From assembly GCA_008080835.1 (NCBI GenBank), contig VMDK01000043.1, forward strand, positions 1 to 58,853: a stretch of DNA of 58,853 bases, given 5' to 3'. Below the pieces are notes generated by a model, which searched no databases, was not told the origin of the DNA, and saw nothing but the letters and a program-made list of their open reading frames with translations. Below, one piece after another: positions 52,307 to 58,853 of this stretch. The stretch is from Sphingobacteriia bacterium (GTDB lineage: Bacteria; Bacteroidota; Bacteroidia; NS11-12g; UBA9320). The position numbers were made by a program, and so were the translations under genes. Position 1 is the stretch's first letter, and every line of letters begins with the position of its first letter.

Positions 52307-55093
52307 ATGTCTGACAAAAAACTCTTTCTCCTTGACGCATACGCGTTGATATTCCGTGCATATTACGCATTCATCAGAACCCCCAGGATCACTTCTTATG
52401 GTTTGAATACAAGTGCCATCTTTGGGTTCACCAATACATTGCTTGATGTGATCCAAAATCAAAAACCCACACATATCGCTGTGGTATTCGATCATAAATC
52501 ACAGACCTTAAGAGCTCAGGAGCACAGCTTCTATAAAGCCAACCGGGATGAGACCCCTGAAGACATTAAACTGAGTGAACCATATATCCGCGAGATCATC
52601 AGGGCTTTCCGAATACCCATTCTCGAAGCAGAAGGATATGAGGCCGATGATGTGATCGGCACCCTGGCCCATCAAGCAGAAGATCACGGATTTGAAACAT
52701 TCATGATGACCCCGGATAAGGATTTCGGGCAACTCGTGACCGAAAAAACCAAAATGTATCGTCCGGGCAGATCGGGCAAGAAAGCCGAGATCTGGGGACC
52801 TGCAGAGGTATGTGAGAAATTCGGTCTGGATAACGTAGCTCAGGTGGTCGATTACCTCGGGCTGATGGGCGATTCTGTAGATAATATCCCGGGTGTTCCG
52901 GGAGTCGGACCCAAAACTGCCTCCAACCTGCTCAAGGAATATGGGAGCATGGAAAACCTGTACGAGCATACCGATGAGATCAAAGGGAAACTCCGCGAGA
53001 AGATCGAAGACAACAAGGAGCAGGCATTCATCAGTAAGAAGCTTGCTAAGATCCTGACAGACGCTCCGGTTCCATTTGACGTGGAGGACTTGGTTCTAGA
53101 AGAGCCGAATAAGGATGAGATCAAAGAGCTCTTCAACAAACTCGAGTTCCGCACCATGTTCAGAAGAGTTCTTGGTGAAGATCCACAGATGATAGCCAAT
53201 GGTGGTCAGCAGTCGCTGTTTGGCGACATGCCAACTTCGGGAAGCACGGCGACTCCTGCTCCCGTCGAGACCACACAGATCCTGAACATTGAGAACGTGG
53301 ATCACGACTATAAAGCGGTCGAAAATGAGGCTGAGCGGGCAAAATTGCTGAGTGAACTGCTCGAGCAAAAGGTAGTCTGCTTTGATACAGAGACCACTTC
53401 ACTTGATACACTGGATGCCGAGATCCTCGGTTGTGCATTTTCCTGGGAAAAGAGCAAAGGATACTATCTGGTCTTCCCAAGAGATCAGGAAGAAGCCAAG
53501 AGCGTTTTACAGGAATTTCAACCTTTCTTCTCGAACTCGGGGATTGAAAAAGTATTGCAAAATGCCAAGTACGATATAGAGGTACTTTGGAACTACGACA
53601 TAGAGATCGAAGGGCCCATCTTCGATACCATGCTGGCCCATTACCTGATCGAACCTGATCAGCGACATAACATGGACTTCCTGTCGGAAAAATACCTGAA
53701 TTACCAGCCGGTGTCTATCACTTCTCTGATCGGTAAAAAGGGGAAGAATCAATTGAGTTTTGAAACGGTTCCGGTCGACAAGGCTACTGAATATGCCGTG
53801 GAAGATGCGGACATCACTCTTCAGCTGAAAGAGAAGCTTGAACCACAGTTGAAGGAACACGACGTTCGGAAAGTTCTCGACGAAGTAGAGACTCCACTCA
53901 TTCCGGTGCTCGCTCGAATGGAGCGTGAGGGCGTTCGGGTTGATGCTGATTTCCTCGGCACCTACAGTGAGGAATTAGAAGGTATAGCAGTTGCATTGGA
54001 GAAAGAGATCTACGAAGCAGCCGGTGTACAATTCAATATTGCTTCTCCGCGCCAGCTTGGAGAAGTTCTATTCGACAAATTACATCTGGATCCAAAGGCG
54101 AAAAAGACGCGTACGGGTCAATATAAGACCGACGAAGAGACATTGCAGAAGCTGGCAGACAAACATGAAATACCTGCCAAAGTGCTGGAATTCCGTGAGG
54201 TGCGAAAGTTGAAGTCGACGTATGTGGATGCGATCCCTCAACTGATCCATCCCAGGACCGGAAGGGTGCATACTTCATTTGCGCAAGCAGTTGCGGCTAC
54301 CGGTCGCCTGAGTAGCAACAACCCGAATTTGCAAAACATACCCATCCGAACGGAGAGAGGTCGCCGGATACGTAAGGCCTTCGTTCCGAGAGATGATGAC
54401 CACACTCTGGTTGCGATCGACTACAGTCAGATCGAGTTGCGCATCATTGCATCGGTAAGTGGAGATGAGGGCATGATCGAGGCTTTCAGAAACGGTCTGG
54501 ACATTCACACTGCGACCGCAGCTCGCGTGTTCGGGGTGGATCTGGACGCAGTGGACAAGGAAATGCGCCGACGTGCCAAGACAGTGAACTTCGGGATCAT
54601 TTACGGGATATCTGCCTTTGGTTTGAGCCAACGGATCGGAATATCGCGTACGGAAGCCAAAGAGATCATCGACTCATATTTCGAGCAGTTCCCGGGTATC
54701 AAGTCATACATGGACAAGACCATCGAAAGCTGCCGCGAGACCGGTTATGTAAAAACCTTGGTGGGTAGGAAACGATTCATACGTGATATCAACTCACAGA
54801 ATCGTACGGTCGTGGGCTTTGCAGAACGCAACGCGATCAACGCACCGATCCAAGGTAGTGCCGCCGACATGATCAAACTGGCCATGATCAAGGTCGATGA
54901 GAAAATGCACGAACTCAATATGCGATCGAAAATGATCCTCCAGGTACATGACGAATTGCTTTTCGACACGCACAATTCTGAATTGGATCAGTTGAAGGCG
55001 GTCGTTGTTCCTCTGATGGAAAACGCCATGCCGTTGGAAGTTCCTGTGATCGTTGAGGTCGGTGAAGGAGCCAATTGGCTGGAAGCTCACTAG
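52307..55093 (+). CDS. polA: DNA polymerase I
   Basis: 5'-3' exonuclease N-terminus (LLDAYALIFRAYYA), 3'-5' exonuclease region, and polymerase motifs A (DYSQIELR), B (RRRAKTVNFGIIYG) and C (QVHDEL). Confidence 0.97.
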   Translation: MSDKKLFLLDAYALIFRAYYAFIRTPRITSYGLNTSAIFGFTNTLLDVIQNQKPTHIAVVFDHKSQTLRAQEHSFYKANRDETPEDIKLSEPYIREIIRAFRIPILEAEGYEADDVIGTLAHQAEDHGFETFMMTPDKDFGQLVTEKTKMYRPGRSGKKAEIWGPAEVCEKFGLDNVAQVVDYLGLMGDSVDNIPGVPGVGPKTASNLLKEYGSMENLYEHTDEIKGKLREKIEDNKEQAFISKKLAKILTDAPVPFDVEDLVLEEPNKDEIKELFNKLEFRTMFRRVLGEDPQMIANGGQQSLFGDMPTSGSTATPAPVETTQILNIENVDHDYKAVENEAERAKLLSELLEQKVVCFDTETTSLDTLDAEILGCAFSWEKSKGYYLVFPRDQEEAKSVLQEFQPFFSNSGIEKVLQNAKYDIEVLWNYDIEIEGPIFDTMLAHYLIEPDQRHNMDFLSEKYLNYQPVSITSLIGKKGKNQLSFETVPVDKATEYAVEDADITLQLKEKLEPQLKEHDVRKVLDEVETPLIPVLARMEREGVRVDADFLGTYSEELEGIAVALEKEIYEAAGVQFNIASPRQLGEVLFDKLHLDPKAKKTRTGQYKTDEETLQKLADKHEIPAKVLEFREVRKLKSTYVDAIPQLIHPRTGRVHTSFAQAVAATGRLSSNNPNLQNIPIRTERGRRIRKAFVPRDDDHTLVAIDYSQIELRIIASVSGDEGMIEAFRNGLDIHTATAARVFGVDLDAVDKEMRRRAKTVNFGIIYGISAFGLSQRIGISRTEAKEIIDSYFEQFPGIKSYMDKTIESCRETGYVKTLVGRKRFIRDINSQNRTVVGFAERNAINAPIQGSAADMIKLAMIKVDEKMHELNMRSKMILQVHDELLFDTHNSELDQLKAVVVPLMENAMPLEVPVIVEVGEGANWLEAH

Positions 55094-55857
55094 CTTTTGC
55101 CCGGTATTTCCATGGAAAGGGCTTCTTTCCATATCTCCCAGGACGCTCGTGCCTGGGATTCAAGCATAAGGTCGCCATTGATCGAACGAGCTCCATACTT
55201 GTCCGCCATTCTCATAAAAGCGGAGACGGAAGGAATATAATTCAGGTCGAAGAGCACATGCTGTTCGGTGAGTACCAGATACGGGATCGCAGGCATCTTA
55301 TCCTCGTGAGGCGGTTTGCCGAGCAAGGTAGTATTCACGATGAGTTGCGACTCCCTGACCATATCCTTGGTCAGCTGATAATACCTGAAAGACCCATCCC
55401 TGGAGATCCTGCTGAAGACCCTGTATTCAAATCCTCTTTCCTTAAGCACATACTGAACAGCTTTGGATGCTCCGCCATTTCCCATGATGATCGCCGGGTA
55501 ATCGGGTTTGAGATCAAGCTTGTCAAGGGTGGCTCGCACACCGATCACGTCAGTATTGTGACCGATCCAGATATTATCATTCCAAACGACGGTATTCACG
55601 GCTCCGGTCAATGCGGCTTCTTCACTGAGTGAATCAATATGTTGGATGATCTCCTTTTTATAGGGAGATGTCACATTGAACCCCAACAGATCTTCTTCCG
55701 CAAGTAGGTCCGGGATCAATTCAGGTCCGGAAAGGTCGAAGAGATCATAGCTCAGATCTTTCAATCCGGCTTCTTGGAAGAATCTGGCAAACAAAGCAGG
55801 GCTATTGGATCGTTGAATATCCTTACCGAGCAGTCCCAGATTCTTGCGTTCAGTCAT
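55090..55857 (-). CDS. aroE: shikimate dehydrogenase family protein
   Basis: LGLLGKDIQRSNSPALF (substrate-binding SxS), NVTSPYK, NTDVIG, and the GNGGASKAV dinucleotide motif. Confidence 0.85.
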   Translation of the reverse strand: MTERKNLGLLGKDIQRSNSPALFARFFQEAGLKDLSYDLFDLSGPELIPDLLAEEDLLGFNVTSPYKKEIIQHIDSLSEEAALTGAVNTVVWNDNIWIGHNTDVIGVRATLDKLDLKPDYPAIIMGNGGASKAVQYVLKERGFEYRVFSRISRDGSFRYYQLTKDMVRESQLIVNTTLLGKPPHEDKMPAIPYLVLTEQHVLFDLNYIPSVSAFMRMADKYGARSINGDLMLESQARASWEIWKEALSMEIPGKS

Positions 55858-56755
55858 TGGCAGGTTTGAATCGGCTTAATGCGAAAATGACGGCCATTGC
55901 AACAATGGCAAGAATGATCACCATGGCCACTTGTGGCTCCTGATAGGCAGTGGGCATCACATTCTCCTGAATGAACGGCACTTGTTCACCGTGGCTATTC
56001 GTTCTATAGCTGACTGTTTGTTTCCAAGGCCAGATCTTATTCAGCGAACCGATCAGGAAACCGATCAACACCGCTACCGTTACGTCGTAATAATTATCGA
56101 GCGTCCATTTGAGGAAGCGTGAGAAGCTCAACAGGCCGAATATCGCTCCTGCGCCCAACACTCCGATGAACATCAGGTCCATGCTACTCACCGCATCCAG
56201 CATTCCGGCATATACACCGAGAAGCAGAAGGATGAACGAACCGCTGATACCGGGAAGGATCATTGCACAGATCGCGATGGCACCTGCGATGAATATGAAC
56301 CAAAGTTGGTCTGTTCCCCCACCTGGTTCCATGGTCGTGAAATAGTAACTGATCAGAGTACCGACCACGATCCCGATGACTGCAACTACGTCCCAATTCC
56401 TTACCATTCTCCACACGACCCAAATACTGGCCAGGATCAATCCGAAGAAAAATCCCCATAGCAAGTGCGGATAGGAATCGAGTAATTGCTTGAAGATGGA
56501 AGCAAGTGTCACAAAGCTCGTGGCAATACCTAAGAACAGCGGAAGTAGGAATGCTCCATTGATCTCTTTCCAGGCCGCCTTGATCCCGTCTTTCCGAAGA
56601 ACCTTGAGTGTTTTGAAATTCACCGCATTGATCGAAGACAGGAGATCGTCGTAGATCCCGGTGATGAATGCTATAGTTCCACCGGAAACTCCGGGTACCA
56701 CATCGGCTGCACCCATGGCCAGCCCTTTCAAGTAGATGAGAAGATGCTTCATCAT
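55850..56755 (-). CDS. DUF368 family membrane protein
   Basis: GAADVVPGVSGGTIAFITGIY and a second PGISGSFILLLLGVY repeat are typical of DUF368. Confidence 0.85.
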   Translation of the reverse strand: MMKHLLIYLKGLAMGAADVVPGVSGGTIAFITGIYDDLLSSINAVNFKTLKVLRKDGIKAAWKEINGAFLLPLFLGIATSFVTLASIFKQLLDSYPHLLWGFFFGLILASIWVVWRMVRNWDVVAVIGIVVGTLISYYFTTMEPGGGTDQLWFIFIAGAIAICAMILPGISGSFILLLLGVYAGMLDAVSSMDLMFIGVLGAGAIFGLLSFSRFLKWTLDNYYDVTVAVLIGFLIGSLNKIWPWKQTVSYRTNSHGEQVPFIQENVMPTAYQEPQVAMVIILAIVAMAVIFALSRFKPAND

Positions 56756-56830
56756 AATTCGTCGAGATTTGCGTTGATCACTAGAGGTCGAGGCAAATCT
56801 ATTGTTTAAATCGAATACATTTGAAGCCCA

Positions 56831-56956
56831 ATGAGCAAAAGAAAACTCGGAATATTCATTTTACTGGCAGCCTTTGCAGTTGGATTCGCTTCTTGCGGTC
56901 AGCATCGCTATCGACCGAAGAACAAGCCCAAGAACTGTAATTGTCCGAAATTCTGA
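56831..56956 (+). CDS. 41-aa putative lipoprotein (below the ORF-track size cut-off)
   Basis: atg...tga encodes MSKRKLGIFILLAAFAVGFASCGQHRYRPKNKPKNCNCPKF, with a classic signal sequence and lipobox (FASC) and a basic Cys-containing tail. Confidence 0.45.
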   Translation: MSKRKLGIFILLAAFAVGFASCGQHRYRPKNKPKNCNCPKF

Positions 56957-56959
56957 GAA

Positions 56960-57157
56960 TCAGGAACGATCCTGCTTTCTTTGCTCGTAATTGCGCCGTT
57001 GCCGTTTCCGAAGTGAGTACATAAATAGTGCGACACAAAATGCGCCGATCATCACGTAAGTCCGTTGCGTGAATCCGAAATCTTTGAAGGCCATATACGC
57101 CTCAACTGCTGCAATGGCGGCGACTGCCAACCATACGATCTCTACGAATCTTCTCAT
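56960..57157 (-). CDS. 65-aa two-TM membrane protein, translationally coupled to lptC
   Basis: The ATG overlaps the lptC stop (ATGA). Two hydrophobic helices and a basic C-terminus. Confidence 0.6.
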   Translation of the reverse strand: MRRFVEIVWLAVAAIAAVEAYMAFKDFGFTQRTYVMIGAFCVALFMYSLRKRQRRNYEQRKQDRS

Positions 57158-57762
57158 GGTTCTGATACCTGTGTTGAATCCCCTTCGGATTCCACCTCTT
57201 TAAGTTTTACCCTGCCGCTCGGTTTGATGATCTTGTATTTCGTAAAGGTCTCATTGGACTCAAAACCCTCACCATAGATCAGCTCATCCTGGCGTTTGAT
57301 CTTTACGAATTTATCGGTATGGATCCTTTTAGTGGCCTGATCCCAGTATAATTCCTCACTTTCCAGCTGCTCGTCGTACTTGTTACGCACCTGAACTTTG
57401 TCGCGCAGTTCGATGGTCTTGTCCTTCTCGTAGTGCACCCCGTAGTTGGCACGAAGCCAATTCACTACCTGTCCATTCTTGTTGTAGAATTCTGCATTCA
57501 GACCCTTGGTCATTTCCAAATAAGGCTTATCTGCATCTGGATAACGCTCCATCAGCGGAGCGGTGATGATGGCTTTGAGACGTGCCGAGTCGGTGTAGCG
57601 GATCGTAACGTCCGTGGCCGTTTCCACCGAAAGGCTATCAGAGCGTTGTTGGTATTTCTCGATCTCCTCATTACTGGTACCTGAGGAGCATCGACTAAAA
57701 AGAAAAACGGCCGACAGACATCCCAGGATGTACCATATCGGCCGTTTCGTATTTGTTGTCAA
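57154..57762 (-). CDS. lptC: LPS export ABC transporter periplasmic protein LptC
   Basis: N-terminal anchor/lipobox followed by the LptC-like pattern (IRYTDSARLKAIITAP...EELYWDQATKRIHTDKFVKI...IYGEGFESNETFTKYKI). TTG start. Confidence 0.8.
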   Translation of the reverse strand: MTTNTKRPIWYILGCLSAVFLFSRCSSGTSNEEIEKYQQRSDSLSVETATDVTIRYTDSARLKAIITAPLMERYPDADKPYLEMTKGLNAEFYNKNGQVVNWLRANYGVHYEKDKTIELRDKVQVRNKYDEQLESEELYWDQATKRIHTDKFVKIKRQDELIYGEGFESNETFTKYKIIKPSGRVKLKEVESEGDSTQVSEP

Positions 57763-57765
57763 GAC

Positions 57766-58853
57766 TTATTTCTTGTATCGAACGATGGTGTTCACTCCAA
57801 GACAAGGAACCAGGTAGCTCGAACCATCTTCCTGAGTGAATCCTTTGAAGAAGGCGTCTTCCTGCTTCGGATATTTTGAAGCGTACACAGCGATCAGTTT
57901 GTTCGCATCTTCCTCCACAGAAGGATCAGCGTTCTTCGCTTCGATACACTTGTCCACTGCAGCCCAGAATACCGATCTTCCGTCGATGTGGTCAGCAGTA
58001 CAGTTGCTCGCGCTGTTCGCGTAGTACTGTGCTACGATCAGGTAAGCTGCACCGTTTGCTGCATCATTAGCGATGGCTTCGTTCGCGTATCCTTTTGCGC
58101 TGGCGTAGTTGCCGCGTTTGTATTGGATGTTTGCGATGCGAAGCAGCACCTCTGCTTTCTCTTCACCTTGCTCCATTCCACGAGCACCGTTACGGTAGAA
58201 CTCGATCGCTTGGTCGTAGTGTTGCTTCGCGTGGTGTGCTTTACCAATTGCAAGTGCACTTTCGCTGCTTGGCTCGATTCCGTAGATGAGCTCTGCTACT
58301 TCAATGTAGAAGTCGTTTGACTCACAACCGGCAATGCTCATGAGCGAACTAGCTCTTTTCAGCAAAGCCAGATCAGTTTTGTCGGCGTCGATCTTCGGCT
58401 TGAAGTATTCGACGAGCTTTTCACACTCGAGGAAGCTCTTCATCATGGAGTTCACCGCGTCGTTGGCAAAGTTCCATTCTTTCTTCTCCTTATCGCTGGA
58501 TGCATTATCCAGTCGGTAGTTGATGATATCGAGCATCTTAAAGTAGATCTCATAGAGCTCTTCCAAAGTGATGTCCTCTTGCTCCACTTCCTTGACCGCA
58601 GCTTCGACATAGTAGATAGGTACTTTATCGTCGGTCTTCATTCCCTCCAATTCGACACTCTCCTTGAAAATCAGCAGAGCCGAATCTCGCTTCGCCGGAC
58701 GAAGTTTAGCCAGGTCGTTGGCATATTTACCTTTGACGTAGCCTTCGCTTCCCCAGTAGTAGATCCTCTTCTCATAACTCATCAACAGCGTATCAACCAG
58801 ACCATCCAGACGAGCTTCAAATGCCTCTTTGTCCTCTTTCCGGAGGTCCTGCA
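57766..58853 (-). CDS. TPR-like helical-repeat protein, 5' end outside the window
   Basis: The frame stays open through the window edge upstream of the TTG/ATG at 58785/58782. TPR-like repeats are present (AIEFYRNGA, ANIQYKRGNYASAKGYANEAI). Confidence 0.7.
   Translation of the reverse strand, partial: QDLRKEDKEAFEARLDGLVDTLLMSYEKRIYYWGSEGYVKGKYANDLAKLRPAKRDSALLIFKESVELEGMKTDDKVPIYYVEAAVKEVEQEDITLEELYEIYFKMLDIINYRLDNASSDKEKKEWNFANDAVNSMMKSFLECEKLVEYFKPKIDADKTDLALLKRASSLMSIAGCESNDFYIEVAELIYGIEPSSESALAIGKAHHAKQHYDQAIEFYRNGARGMEQGEEKAEVLLRIANIQYKRGNYASAKGYANEAIANDAANGAAYLIVAQYYANSASNCTADHIDGRSVFWAAVDKCIEAKNADPSVEEDANKLIAVYASKYPKQEDAFFKGFTQEDGSSYLVPCLGVNTIVRYKK

Noticed and set aside
1-58853. CRISPR arrays, rRNA genes, transposases/IS elements, prophage or known defence systems (RM, TA, Abi, CBASS, retron)
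   Set aside because: There are no regularly spaced direct repeats, no rRNA-like sequence, and no ORF with transposase, integrase, RT, nuclease-helicase or toxin-antitoxin signatures on either strand.

Overview
This 58.9-kb window is a chromosomal segment from a Bacteroidota genome, probably Flavobacteriia-like. The evidence for that placement is several T9SS C-terminal sorting domains, a fused BCKDH E1 alpha/beta gene, TPR-LptC synteny, TAnnTTTG-type promoter boxes, frequent TTG/GTG starts, and tightly packed or overlapping genes. Most of the window is housekeeping: purL, nadD, gmk, yicC, menC, menA, kbl, ftsH, ppiD, pyrC, polA, aroE, lptC and one tRNA-Phe. I saw no rRNA, CRISPR array, transposase, integrase or phage genes.

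The regions most worth a second look are:
1. A four-gene cell-surface operon at about 12.5-21.2 kb on the minus strand. It encodes two large T9SS-sorted proteins of unknown function, a lipoprotein and a TonB-dependent receptor, with no SusD. It looks like an uncharacterised capture and uptake system.
2. A small stress islet at 28.8-30.6 kb next to tRNA-Phe. One four-helix-bundle (23S-IVS-protein family) gene there is bracketed by a perfect 17-bp inverted repeat. A paralogue has lost its stop codon (TGA to TGC) and reads in frame into osmC.
3. A membrane Fe-S / CCG-domain (heterodisulfide-reductase-like) module at 31.0-34.5 kb, split by two inserted genes.
4. A high load of point disruptions: three genes cut by exactly one in-frame stop (TAG at 4999, TAA at 27554, TAA at 45523) and one frameshift at a 4-nt homopolymer (5833-5836). 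All four are in envelope or accessory genes.

Functional calls come from motif recognition by eye. No database search was run.
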